The translations under genes were made by a program, and so were the position numbers. The notes below the pieces were generated by a model. That model was not told where the DNA came from. It was given only the letters and a program-made list of their open reading frames with translations, and did no database searches. DNA of 62,948 nt, counting the filler, from Chrysochromulina tobinii (taxonomy: Eukaryota): assembly GCA_001275005.1 (NCBI GenBank). It is 5 parts of 5 records of this genome, joined end to end, with 100 filler letters (N's around TTAATTAATTAA, not from the genome) between each part and the next. Parts side by side here need not be neighbours in the genome. Positions count along the whole stretch, not along the records: positions 20,858 to 37,807 come from JWZX01000855.1; positions 37,908 to 62,948 come from JWZX01000856.1; 3 more parts are not named here. One strand, 5' to 3'. Below, one piece after another: positions 35,070 through 46,900 of this stretch (positions within the stretch are counted from its first letter, which is position 1; each line of letters opens with the position of its first letter).

Positions 35070-37390
35070 ATGGCCGTTGGCATGAAGTTCAGTACTCTCA
35101 GGCTCGCATTCACACATGAAGGCCGTCGGCAATCCCGACGGCCAAAAAAAGGTCATTTATGCGACGCAAGGGTACATGCACTCTTGCTGCAGCTCGCCGC
35201 GGCGGCGCACGCGAAGCTTGTGGCACGCGCGTTCAACGTGTCCTCGTCGCTGGTGTGTGCGGCCGCCACCGACGTGTGCGGCTGCCAGGAGCTTTCACCG
35301 GGCTGTGGCTGGTGCTCGTCCACCGAGACGTGCGAGCCCGCAGACAAGTGCACGACGACGTGCCGCGAGTGCCCGTCGTCGAACAAGACGTGCCGCGCAT
35401 CTTGCCGGCGTCACTGCATAGACACATGCTCGATGGCAACCACCACTTGCGCCTGCTCTGAGCTCGAAGGCTGCGGCTGGTGCTCGCACACCAAGTCGTG
35501 CGCACCGTACCCGGAGTGCTCAACGACGTGCGAGGAGTGCGACCCGACGTGCAACAACCACCAGCACTGCCTGGACAAGTGCTACCGGCGCTTCCATGCG
35601 CCGCGCGAGTCGCCCAACTCCGATGCGGACGACGGCTTCACCTTCCCGCCCTCGCCTCAGGACATCAACTGCGCGATCGGCATCTTCTGCGCGACCGTGC
35701 TCGCGTCTGCGGCGGGCATCGGCGGCGGCGCGGTGCTCGTGCCGCTCTTCACGATGATCAGTGAGTTCACGGAGCATGAGGCCATCCCGCTCTCCATTGC
35801 CACCGTCTTCGGCGCCTCCGCCTTTTCGACGTTGGGCAACTTTGTGTGGGAGAAGCACCCAGCAGCGCCGCACCGCCCCATGATTGCTTACGACGCGGCC
35901 CTCGTGCTCCTGCCGATGACGCTGCTCGGCTCGACGGGCGGCGTGTTCCTGAACAAGGTGTGCCCCAACTGGATGATCGTCGGGCTGCTCGTCGCTCTCT
36001 GTGCCTACTCGGGCCGGCGCACTGTCACTCAGGCATACAAGCGTCGGGAGAAGGAGGATGGCGAGCGCAGCAGCGTGTATAAGCCTCTGATGCAGGTGAC
36101 TCGTCGCCGTGGATGGTGACTGAGGACCGCTGAGTGCGAGGGACGACTAACTGATGGTGACTGATCGCCACTGAGCGCGCGCAGGTAGAGCATACTTTCG
36201 GCGAGGAGCTTGATGATGGAGCGGCTCCGGAGGGCCATGAGCGCGAGATGTACGAGGGTGCGACGACGACGAAGAGCAGCTCGAAGGCCATCGGGGGGGG
36301 TGTCATGTCGGACGCCCTGCTTCGCGCGAAGCAGCTCGAGCTCCTCACTCACGAGGAGAGCGGATGCGCGTGGGCTTCGTTAATGAACCTGTGCGGCACG
36401 TGGGTACTCGTGATGGGCCTGTCCATGCTCAAGGGGGGCCATGGAGCGCCTTCCCTGCTTGGAGTGTCCTGCGGCACGCCGGGCTATTGGGCCGTCGTGC
36501 TGCTCAACGTGCCCGTGCTGCTCTGCCTCACGTCGCGCTCGGGCACCCAGCTGGTCGCGTTGGCCGCGCGGAAGGCCAAGTGTGGCTACCAGTACGCTTC
36601 ATCGGACCGAGATCGAACTGAGATCGAACGGGCGGCTGGACGGCACGGGATGCACGTGCTCACTCCAGCGCCCCTTCCACGTGCACGCTCTTTCACCCAC
36701 AGGTACGCGGAGGGCGACGTGGAGTGGACCACCGAGAAGGTGTGGCAGTATGCGCGCTTCGTCGGCTTCGGAGCCATCGCCGCCGGCATGCTCGGTGTGG
36801 GCGGCGGCATGATCCTCGGGCCGATCTTCAACGAGCTCAACTTCCATCCACAGGTGAGATGGTGCCGTTTGACTGTGATGGACGGCCTCTGGTTGCGAGT
36901 GATTGCCGATGAATGAGCTCCACCTCCACCTCATCGCTCCACCTCCACCACATCGCTCCACCTCCACCTCATTCACACCTCATCGCTTCACGGCTCAATC
37001 GACCCCGTGCCTCCTCCTCCTCACTGCTCGGCCCACTCGGCCCACGGCTCGGCGCAGGTCTCGTCGGCCACCTCGACGATCATGGTCTTCTTCATGTCCA
37101 GTGCCAACGTCGGCCAATTTGTCGTCTTTGGCATGCTCGATTTGGAATACGCGCTCTTCTATGGCACGGTGGGCGTGGTGGGCGCCATCGTGGGCACCAA
37201 GGGCGCCAAGTCGCTCATCGAGCGCACGGGGCGCGCCTCGTTCCTCATCTTCTTCCTTGCGGCCATCCTCTTCGGGTCAGGCCTGCTGATGGCGTACGTC
37301 GGCATCCCACAAGTACTCAAGAGCGGCCTGACTGGCTTCCGACCGATCTGTGGCCGAGCAGGTGCCGCCGCGCGTGAGGGAGACCGCTGA
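35070..37390 (+). CDS. TauE/SafE (sulfite exporter) family membrane protein with N-terminal Cys-rich PSI-like repeats; introns 36096-36184, 36592-36702, 36854-37057
   Basis: ASAAGIGGGAVLVP, AIPLS, RPMIAYDAALVLLP, AGMLGVGGGMILGP, PQVSSATS; two CGWC...C repeats upstream. Exact start unclear. Confidence 0.9.
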
Positions 37391-37734
37391 GCGAATGACG
37401 TAGCCAATCCCAGAGCCGATCTCGGTCAGATATCGGAGCCAACGGCGATGCAGCGCGGCTGCTGCACAGGGGATGAGGACAGTGACAGCCCTCACGCGCT
37501 CTGCTGCGGTGCGACCCGAAGTTGGGATTGAGGACCGTTCCGAGCACGCGGTGGACGTATGCCACGTCACCAGCGCGGCCAACAGTCTCCGTGGTCGAGC
37601 GCCGGTGTGGGCGGGTGGCATCATGGGACGTCTGGCATGGTACAGAATGTAGTCTGGTGCGCGTGAAAAGTACACTTTGTGCATGGTGCATGCGGAAGAG
37701 CGGAACGTACGTCCGTCGAGTCGAGTAGCTAGTG

Positions 37735-37807
37735 GCGGGCGAGGCGGCCCGGGGCGGGCGAGGCGGCCCGGGGCGGGCGAGGCGGCCCGGGGCGGGCGAG
37801 GCGGCCC
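37735..37807. repeat. GC-rich ~19-20-bp tandem repeat (GGCGGGCGAGGCGGCCCGG) at contig end
   Basis: About 4 copies running into the linker. Confidence 0.9.
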
Positions 37808-37907
37808 NNNNNNNNNNNNNNNNNNNNNNNNNNNNNNNNNNNNNNNNNNNNTTAATTAATTAANNNNNNNNNNNNNNNNNNNNNNNNNNNNNNNNNNNNN
37901 NNNNNNN
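37808..37907. other. Artificial contig linker
   Basis: N44-TTAATTAATTAA-N44. Confidence 0.98.
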
Positions 37908-38986
37908 CTGCGGACCAGGGCTATGCTCCGGCGCAGTGCTCACTTGGAGACATGCACCGTGAGGGACGCGGTGTGGCCCAAGATGATAAGCGGGCGGCAG
38001 AGCTGTTCAAGCTCGCTGCGGACCAGGGCGATGCCTGGGCGCTCTGCCAACTTGGATTCATAGCTGCGACTCAGCACATCGCCTCATCATGCGCGGCAGC
38101 AGCGTCCAGTGCAGGTGTCACGTCCGTCGTGGCTGGCGGCGCTCGAGGCAGCCTCTCACGCGAGGACGAACAGGCCCGCGCTGACGCGATGATGGCACGC
38201 CTGATCGCTGAAGAGGAAGCGAGAGCCAAAGCGGAGGCCGCGAAGGCGTCCAAGAAGGCGAAGAAGAAGGCGAAAAAGGGTAGAGCGGCGACCACAGCCG
38301 CAGGCGAGGCGGGCATCGGCTTGTCGGCGTCGCAGTCAGAGCCGACGGAAGCGGAGTTGGTGGCAGAAGAGAAGATCGAGGAGCCTGCGGCAGAGGAATT
38401 GGCGATGGCGGCACCAGCACCAGCATCGGAGGCCGTTGAGGCTGAGGAGGACGTGGAGGCGACCGCAGCAGCAGTGGCAGCCGCAGCGGAGGCGGCCGCG
38501 GCTACAGCGGCTGAGGCGGCTGCGGCGACGGAGGCGGAGAGGGAGGAGGCGGAGAGGGAGGAGGCGGAGAGGGCTGAGGTGGAGCGCGCGACGGCTCTGG
38601 CCGTGGCAGAGAACGCTGGCCGCGGCGGGCGAGGGGGGCGAGGGGGGCGTGGAGGGCGCGGTGGGCGCGGCCCGACTACCGTGCATCCGCCGCCTCCTGC
38701 CCCTGCGCCACCAACAGCCCCAGCACTGGCTGCAGGTTTGATGCCAGCGGAGAGGCATCTGACGCTCGCCGACGTGGGCAACATCACCGGCCGTGTGCAC
38801 GACGAGGCGCCCGAATCGACCATCGGTGGCCAGACCACATGCATCGTGTGCATGGTGGGGCCCAAGTCGCACCTTGCGGTGCCGTGTGGCCATCAGCTCG
38901 CGTGCGAGCGCTGCGCGGCCAGCATGAAGAGTTGCCCTTACTGCCGCACGCCCGTCCAGTTTTGGCTGATGGCACGGCTAGTGTGA
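37908..38986 (+). CDS. Sel1-like repeat protein with C-terminal C3HC4 RING finger, 5'-truncated
   Basis: AQCSLGDMHREGRGVAQDDKRAAELFKLAADQG (Sel1); CIVC...VPCGHQLACERCA...CPYCR (RING). Confidence 0.88.
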
Positions 38987-39784
38987 TACAGAGAGGCGAC
39001 CCGACCGACCGCGACAATTTAGCGACAATTGGATGATGATTGCAGATTGGGCGAGTGGGGCGAAGGACATGGATGGAAGAGGGCAGCATTTTGTCGCGTG
39101 TGCAGTGACGAGACAGCGATCGAGGCGCTCGAGCGTGGCCGCGCCTTGCCTCTAACCCTCATCACGTAAAGTAAAAGAAGGTTGGTTTCACAATAAATTT
39201 CGGCTCCGGCGCGCACTCACGACTCACACGTATTCCCAGGCTCCGCTACAACCCCGCTCTGGCCCTGGTCAAGATGCCCGGGGTGGGATGGTCACCGTTT
39301 GGTCACCGCTCACCCGACCGGGGGCGGCTCACCGCACGATCACGGCAGAGTTATAATAACTAGGGATACCCCTACTAACATGCACATTACTAGAAATATC
39401 ATTAACTCGCACCACTGGGAGTCACACATCAGTCATCACGTCGGACTTCGGACACATGTGACACATCCCTTCGCCTTCCGTTCTGTTCCGTTCGGTTCTG
39501 CGTCGGGACATTTCAAGTCGCTCATTTTGTATCACTCCTCGTCATACGTCAACCCCGAATTATGCGCGTCCCTGACGTCGGTGTACGCACGCCTGCTCGT
39601 GCTTTGGTCGCCTTTGGGGGTGACTGTCTTTAACTGTCTTGGGTGCATAGACCATTTTTGGTGCGCATGCCACTTGCAATGCATGCCAAAAAACCTCTTG
39701 CTATTTTGTGTGACAAAAAGTGATGCTTCTCGTCTTCGTCCTTGGCTCGCGCAGAGCTGACGCCATCATCATCGGAGCCGCTTT

Positions 39785-41893
39785 GTGTTCCGCTCTTATC
39801 GGCATTGTTCTCACGTTTCGCCTTGGAGCACTCGCGTTCGCTCAATAGCACCGGCATCAGCCATGCAAGCGCTAAAAGCTCTGGCATGGCCGAGCATGGG
39901 CGCCTCGCCGCGCCGTTTACAGAACACCTGTCTCGAGCCGAGCGACGCATCGCACGTGTACACCTCGGCCCGCGACCACAGCTTCGCGTTCCAATTCCGG
40001 TACACACTGGGACTCGACACGATTGCGGGTGCGAACGTGGTGACGTTCAACGCGCCGGCGGGCGTCGACGTCCACCTTGAGCGTGTCCTAGGCGGCTTTG
40101 GTGCCACGATCGACAAGGAGGCCTTCGACGGCGTGCCAGCCGTGCAGAAGCGCGGCAAGGTCGTCGTCCGCCTGGGCCACGCTCCGCCCTCTCCGCCCTC
40201 TCCGACAGCAGAGTGGCTCCCAAGCCACATCGGTGGTTACATCGGTGGAGAGGGCGCACCTGTCGCTAGCGCCGCCTCGGCTGCAGAGTGGCTGCGCACA
40301 CACGGCTCGCACCGCGTGCCGGTGCTGCCCGCCATTTCGGCGGACGAGTACGCGCGCACCCACTTTGCGCCACTCGACGGTGCCGCAGGCGCACCCGTGG
40401 CGGCAGCGGCGCAGGCAGCGGCGCAAGCAGCAGCCCTCTCGGTGACCGCAGCTGACGAGCACGCCCGCACGCTCCCAAGGTCTGGGACAGCCACCGTTAC
40501 AGACGTAGACGTGCCAGCGTCACACGGGCGGAACGCACGTCGGGAAGGGGAGTCAGAGACGAGTCCTCAGTCAATCCCTCAGGGCAGTGAGAGGGGTGCT
40601 AAGCTGGCACTGGCGCTGGCAAGGTCCAGTCCGCCGCTTGTTACAGGCGTCTCAACTGAGTTGCATGCAAGTGCTCACCACAGCGTCTCGCCCGAGTGGC
40701 GGGCGGTCCCGCCGTCGCGGGCCTTGCGGGAAGGCGTCGCAGGCGTCACACTCGAGGTGCAGGGCACGCTGAGTGGTGAAGGACTCGAGCTCGCGCTACG
40801 CACGCAAGTGGGCGCACAGCTGGCGCTGCTGCTGCTCCCACAGTGCGAGAGGCCCGAAGCGCATGCAATCTACATGGCAAGTCTACGGCATGCCAATGAA
40901 CATGTTGCGCCGCCACCGGTGCGCCCGATGCAGCGCCCGACGCCCACCGGCGCCGCGCCCTTGCCCCCGCCGCCAGGAAGCTACTCGTACGACCCAGCCA
41001 GCGACGAGGGCACCAACTCGTACGACCAAACATCTAGCGACGATGGAACCCGGGGCGAGCTGCCGAGCCGGTCGTCGCCGGCGCTTGTAACGGCGCTTGG
41101 GCTCGGTGCAGCTGACGGTTCAGTGCAACTGCCTAATTTGGATGACTCGCTGAGCGCCCTGCTTGCCAAAGAGGAGGCGGCGGCGTTGGCGGCGGCACGT
41201 CTTGGAAAGCTGCGTGTGCCGCCGCCGCCTCCTCCTCCTCCTCCGCCGCCGTTTCATTCGCTTCACCTCTCCCTCTCGTCTGTGCACGAGGCGGACGTTG
41301 AAGACGATTCACAGATGGGCATGAGGCTGTTCACAGACGTTGAAGACGAGTCATTGGCGGCAAAGCTCGCGCAGCTTGCACCAAGGCTGCGCTCGCCGAC
41401 GGACGGCGACAGCGCCGTCTCGGCAGACGGGTCTGCCGTACGGAAGTGGTTACGGGCGTGGCTGGCCGACGTGCTCACCACACGCATTGTACTCGTCTTC
41501 ATGGCGCTCCAGCTTGCTGCGGGGGTCATCGTGTGGTCGAGACGGCGGAGATGCGGCCGCAGCAGCAGTGCGCGCGAGCCGCCGCTACCGCTCTCACAAG
41601 CTTGCGATCCGGGTGGGAGTGGCGACGACAGTGAGGTTGACGAAACCTTTGACGAGACCGAGGACGTTGCCGCGAGAGAGTCTCGTCAAAGCACGGAGAG
41701 CGGCTTCATTGGGCAACGCTGCAGCCTACACTGCAGCTCCCGCGACAGCGACGGCATGCGCCACGCGCTCATCCTCCACGGGCACGCGCGCGCTGGTGCC
41801 GATTCGGAATGGGACGATGGACACGAGGAAACTGGGGTCCTGTCTGCATGTGGCGCGCCGCAACGAAATGCGAGGTCGCAGGACATGGACTGA
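39785..41893 (+). CDS. Hypothetical Pro-rich single-pass membrane protein
   Basis: 702-aa ORF; TM IVLVFMALQLAAGVIVW followed by SRRRR; start uncertain. Confidence 0.55.
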   Translation: MFRSYRHCSHVSPWSTRVRSIAPASAMQALKALAWPSMGASPRRLQNTCLEPSDASHVYTSARDHSFAFQFRYTLGLDTIAGANVVTFNAPAGVDVHLERVLGGFGATIDKEAFDGVPAVQKRGKVVVRLGHAPPSPPSPTAEWLPSHIGGYIGGEGAPVASAASAAEWLRTHGSHRVPVLPAISADEYARTHFAPLDGAAGAPVAAAAQAAAQAAALSVTAADEHARTLPRSGTATVTDVDVPASHGRNARREGESETSPQSIPQGSERGAKLALALARSSPPLVTGVSTELHASAHHSVSPEWRAVPPSRALREGVAGVTLEVQGTLSGEGLELALRTQVGAQLALLLLPQCERPEAHAIYMASLRHANEHVAPPPVRPMQRPTPTGAAPLPPPPGSYSYDPASDEGTNSYDQTSSDDGTRGELPSRSSPALVTALGLGAADGSVQLPNLDDSLSALLAKEEAAALAAARLGKLRVPPPPPPPPPPPFHSLHLSLSSVHEADVEDDSQMGMRLFTDVEDESLAAKLAQLAPRLRSPTDGDSAVSADGSAVRKWLRAWLADVLTTRIVLVFMALQLAAGVIVWSRRRRCGRSSSAREPPLPLSQACDPGGSGDDSEVDETFDETEDVAARESRQSTESGFIGQRCSLHCSSRDSDGMRHALILHGHARAGADSEWDDGHEETGVLSACGAPQRNARSQDMD

Positions 41894-42046
41894 TACATGT
41901 AGAACCACGACGAAGAAGCATGCGAGCGATTGAGCTGACCTGTCTGCTTGACGTGTGAGAAAAACATCATGCGAGTTTTCTATTAGGATTCCTAACCGCC
42001 GAAGCATGCGAAACAAGAAACAAACCACCTCCAAAAAATTATCGTA

Positions 42047-42988
42047 ATGCCGTCCGAAAGCAGCCCCGGCTCCGCCACGCGCGCCTGGGCCTCTCGGCCG
42101 AAGCCCGAGTGGCGCTCCAGCAGCGTGCGCTCGTCACGCTGGGCGGACAGCGTGCTGCCACCGTCGCCTCGCACGGCCTTGGCTACAGCCGGTTACGGGC
42201 ACGTCGAGACGTCGATGTTGCGGCCCGTGATCAATCCGAAGAATGTGCCAAATCCTCCACCAAGTGACGTGCAGCCATCGGACAAGCAGTTGTCACCTCG
42301 CGGGTGGTTCTTCGAGCGGCCGGGTGCATCGAGCGGCTCGTCTGACAAGCGGACCAGGACGCCCGGCGTGAGCGCGAGCATGTCCTCTGGGGACTTTGAC
42401 GCTGCGCGCGAGTACCGAAGGCGTGCACGTGCGCAGCTCGCAGCACGGAATGCGCGGCGCGAGATGGACTGGAACCGCACGCCGCACCGCACGTGCCCCG
42501 CCATGCTGGTGGGCATCAAGCCCATGACCGAAGAGCCCTGGTCGCGCGACGCCAAGGTGTACGCGCACAAGTTTGGGCGTTCATTCGAATGGGCTCCCAA
42601 CCAGCAAATGGACGGCGGCGCTCTCGATGCATACAACGACGAGTCAGTGCTGGACGGCAACAACGGGTACGAGATCAAGGTGACGGCCACCGGCCTCTCG
42701 AGGGCCAACGCGGGCGCAGCTCAGCCGGCATGGGACTCTTCGACTTTCCGATCGTGTCCCTTCGTACTGCGCGGCATCAAGCCTGTGACGAGGGAGCCTT
42801 GGGTGTTCGACGAGCGCATCTACAATCGGGACACGACGCGCGACACGACAGACGATGAGCGGGCGGGCGGCGGCGCCCTTGACCTCGGCTCCTCATCGCA
42901 TGCCACGCGCGCGCGCAACGGTCAGGTTGATCGTCCGAGCTTCTACTCGCCCAATTGGGAAAAGTGGGCCGCGTCCCTCTCGGCGTGA
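42047..42988 (+). CDS. Hypothetical protein with a duplicated CPxxLxGIKPxTxEPWxxD motif
   Basis: TCPAMLVGIKPMTEEPWSRD and SCPFVLRGIKPVTREPWVFD, each followed by GGALD. Confidence 0.7.
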   Translation: MPSESSPGSATRAWASRPKPEWRSSSVRSSRWADSVLPPSPRTALATAGYGHVETSMLRPVINPKNVPNPPPSDVQPSDKQLSPRGWFFERPGASSGSSDKRTRTPGVSASMSSGDFDAAREYRRRARAQLAARNARREMDWNRTPHRTCPAMLVGIKPMTEEPWSRDAKVYAHKFGRSFEWAPNQQMDGGALDAYNDESVLDGNNGYEIKVTATGLSRANAGAAQPAWDSSTFRSCPFVLRGIKPVTREPWVFDERIYNRDTTRDTTDDERAGGGALDLGSSSHATRARNGQVDRPSFYSPNWEKWAASLSA

Positions 42989-43937
42989 CGACAAAAGGGG
43001 AGAGAGGGAGTGAGGGGGCGAGGGGGCGAGAGAGAGGACATAGCATGTCATGCAGGTTGTGATGAGGCTTGTGAGCCTCGCCCAGCAGGGCCGTGTGTGA
43101 ACGTGTGGGGGGCGTGCGCGCGTGCGCCCGCCCATGGGCGCATGGCCCCCGCCGGATGAGCATTTGTCTGAGCGCTATGAGTGCGGGCGAGCGAGTGAGT
43201 GAGTGTGACGTTACGCCAGGGTACGTTGCTGAGTGTGCGCCCGCAGGTAGCCCGCAGGCCATCTGTGGCGGTGTGGCCGTGTGGCGCATAGTGGCGCACA
43301 CGTTGGCACGATCTGGCATGATGCATGATCACATGTTCCGTTCCATATTTGCGCATTGTGTGTGCGCGCGACCGTCCTCGGCATGACGCTTTCGCTGCGA
43401 CCATGCACACACCTCGACGTTCTGCCCATGAATGTGCGTTTCGCCAAGTCCCAAACGCTAGCGAACGGATAAGCGATAATAACGGTTTATTTACCTTGGC
43501 AATTTTTTAAGAAGAACGAACCGAACCGTCGCCGCCCGCGCTTCCGCTACCTTGGGCTTCAGCGGACCTCGCACCTCGACTACGGACCCCGCCCGGGTGC
43601 ACGGCACCTTCTAGAACTAGATCGGATACATCGATGTGAGATGACACGTCGCGTGCGCGATGAGTTGAGTGACGTCTGTTCGGGGGACGGGGAGGCTCTA
43701 GCGTCTAGGATACCGGATACACGATATCAAATAAAGGCGAGGGGAGATTCGTGCATGCAAATACAGGGTACCAATTGTGACAGCTAAACACGAGCTTCGC
43801 GTCGGGATCTGAACCGAACAGCAGAGAGTCGGGGCTACTACGGGGCTGTCTCTGTCTCGTCTCGTCAGGCGCTTGCGGCCGACGCGTTCCAAAGAAGGCA
43901 CCACTGTGAGCCCAGAGCTCACGAGCCTGTGCCTCGC

Positions 43938-46900
43938 TCACTTGCCGCCTCGTTCGATGTGGAGCTTCCATGCAGCCATGAAGCCGGGCGCGCGAGGCTG
44001 AGGCTCCTTCATCGACTTGTCGCAGAAGATCTCGCGGCAGAGGAAGCCGACGCTGCACGAGGCTATTGAGTTGTACTTCCACCCTATCGTCTCGCGAACG
44101 CACAGTACCAACTCGCCCTTGCGGTTCGAGCCCTCCCCCAACGGCAGCCAGCGCCCGCCATAGTGGACCGTCGAGAGCCTCGGGGCGCCCTCGGGTGCGG
44201 CACCCCCCTCTGGCCCGTTGCCGAAGCTCAGGCACAGCTCATGCGCCTCGCGCGCGAGGTCGATCTGCTCACCAGGCACGCCCTTCTCGCCATTGAGCAG
44301 CAGCTGCGGCAGCTCAGCGTCCCCGACGCTCGGGTCGCTCATGCGCCTCTTGCGCGCGCGTAGGTCGCTCAGAGCCTCGCCAGCTAGCGGCGCGGACACG
44401 GTCGAGATGTTGCCGCTCTGCCGCCCCATCTCGGCCTCGAGCCGTCCAAAGACTGCCGCCGAGCCCACGTACTTGCGCGCAACGAAGCGCTTCGACTGCT
44501 TCCCTTCGGGCGCGGACTGGTTGAACAGCTCGTAGTAGACAACAGTTGAGGCAAGCATCTTCTTGACCGCGGCGTAGTTGTTCACGTTGAAGAAGGCGAG
44601 GAACTCGAAGTGCGTGTCCAGCGGCTTCTCGACGCGCAAGATGGAGAGGATCGTGCCCCAGGGTGACCATGTAATCTGCTCGCCCATCCGAAAGTGCTCG
44701 GAGAGCGAGCCGCACGTCTCGCGCGTGCCCGCGCCGAAGACGACCCGCGTCTGGCCGTCGTCTGTGAGCATCGCCGGCTGCACGTACTGCAGGCCCTCGA
44801 TGGCCTTGGTGCCGTTGGGTCCCCTCGCCTTGAGCTCCCCGAAGCCCTTGACGCCGATGAGCTGTTGGAAGACTTCGCTCCGCCCCTTGAGTTCAAACTG
44901 GTCGACGATCCCCGCCACCGTCTCGAAGAAGGCGGAGCGCACGGTGAGGGTGACGAACTCGTCCAGCATGCGTTCCATCGTGAGGAGTGACGCCTTGTCC
45001 GCCGCGCTGTTCTGCATCGTCCAGATGCGGTGCAGCCGGAGCACGTTCATCTGGGAGCCATCTGGACGGAGCCGCTGGCCGGCATCGAGTAGCCCAAGAC
45101 CCGCCGCTGCGACGGCAGGCATGCCCGACTGCGTGCGCAACATCGTGGTGTAGTCCCAGCTTCGGAAGACTGTCCAGCGCGGCACACTCTCCGAATCGTC
45201 CCACGCGCGGGCGCTCATCATCACGATCTTCTGCAGCGCGTTGGGATCTTTGGTCTTCTTGTCCTCCTCGCCCTCTGCGTACCGGAGGGGAAGCCCGTAC
45301 GCCGCCTCCGAGGCACCCCCCTGCGCCTCGCGCCCCGCCAGCAGCCGGTACGTCTTGGGCAACCGCATCGGCTCATCCATATCGGGCACGAGCGCTGTGT
45401 CGAGCTTCTGCTGCAGCGAATTCTTCGCGACGCCGCCGATGCCCGAGGTGACCATGTCGTTGAGCAGGATGGCGGAGCCGCCCGGTGGCGGATTCGAGAG
45501 CTCGCCTTGGATGGCTTGCAAATCCTCAACCGTGAGGTACGTGATCCAGTGCAGGAGCGACGCCTGCGCCGCGTTGGACGCATCGATGGCCTTTTGGACT
45601 GCCTTCGCCCACGCCTTGGCAGCCGCCGCCTCTCCCTCGCCGTCGAGGTCGCCACACCAGGCCCGTGCCTCGTCGGCGCTCACCTTGATGCACGGCTTGC
45701 GCTTCACAAGCTTCGACAGGAAGCGGCGCGGCGCCGCGTTGGGCACCTTTTGCTGCAAAAGCACCATGTCAAAGGTGCAGCCGCACTCATTCGATTTGTA
45801 CATGACCTTGTATATGGAGCGGATCAAATCGGCCTGCTCGACGCTCACGTCGCCCACCGCCTCGGCCGCCACGCTCAAAATCGAGGCTGCGTCGAGCTTG
45901 CTCGCCGTGAACATGTCGAACGCCTGCAAGAGCGCCTCGGAGATATAATCTCGCAGCTTCTTGACGGAGCGCGAGTTGCGCGACTTGACCATCTTCTCCT
46001 CGGCGAGCTGCTCCGCCGTCATCCCCGCCATTCGCGGGCTGAACAACGGGTCCGCCGCGGCCGCATCGATCGCGGGCACGAGCGCCGCCACGTCCTCCGC
46101 TGGAGCGTCTGGCGGGGGCTCCGGAAGGGCGCCCACGACGTCGGAGGTTGACGAAACCGGCGGGTCGGCCCACACGCCCACCTTTTTGGTGCGCATCTCG
46201 TACGTGGCGGCGCCGACGAGGTCGAGCAGTGCGTTCAAGCAGTCGCGGATCTGGTCGATGTCGATGTCGTTCGGGTTCTTGAGCACCGTCGCATCCACCT
46301 CAAGAGCGGCGATCTCCTCCTTGACCGCAGCGAGCCCCTCGAGTGGGGACGCTCCCTTGGGAATCGCGCCGCGCACACGCCCGTCGATGGGCCCAAGGAG
46401 CTTGGCGAGCTCGCACAGCTTGTCGAAGCTGAGCTGCGGCGGCTTGGGCTTGGGCGTGTTGCTCGGCGGGGGTGAGACACCGAGGACGGGCTCCTTGCCC
46501 TTGGGTCCGCTGGGGCTACCGGCCTTGCGCCAGGCTGCCCACGCGTACCGCGCGGCCGAACCGATGGTGAGCATCTGGAGGGTGGTCGGGTCCTCCATGA
46601 GGCGCTTGAGCTTCTCTGAGAGGAAGAGGTCATACGCGGCATGGTCGCCCACGACGGCGCCGCTGCTCACGCCCGTCGCGTTGCGCACCATCGCGGGCAA
46701 GCAGCCGATGAAGCTGGCCAGCTCGACGTTGTCGACGGCGAGCTCATCCGACGCATCCGACGCAGGGATCAGGTACTCCTCCGGCGCCGCCTCCTCGACT
46801 GCGGCGTCGCCGGCGTCGCCGCAGGGATAGGCGAGCCACTGCTTGTACTGTGCCTCGGCCGCCGCCAACGCCTCGGCGCCCTCGGTAAAGATGTGTCCAG

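Noticed and set aside
8133..37907. Recurrent TTAATTAATTAA palindrome inside N runs (four places)
   Set aside because: Identical 100-bp artificial contig spacer; not biological, and gene neighbourhoods across it are not real.
43596..43620. Helitron 3' end (GGTGC-ACG-GCACC hairpin + CTAG)
   Set aside because: CTAG is not followed by T, no matching 5' end or Rep/helicase motifs; likely chance.
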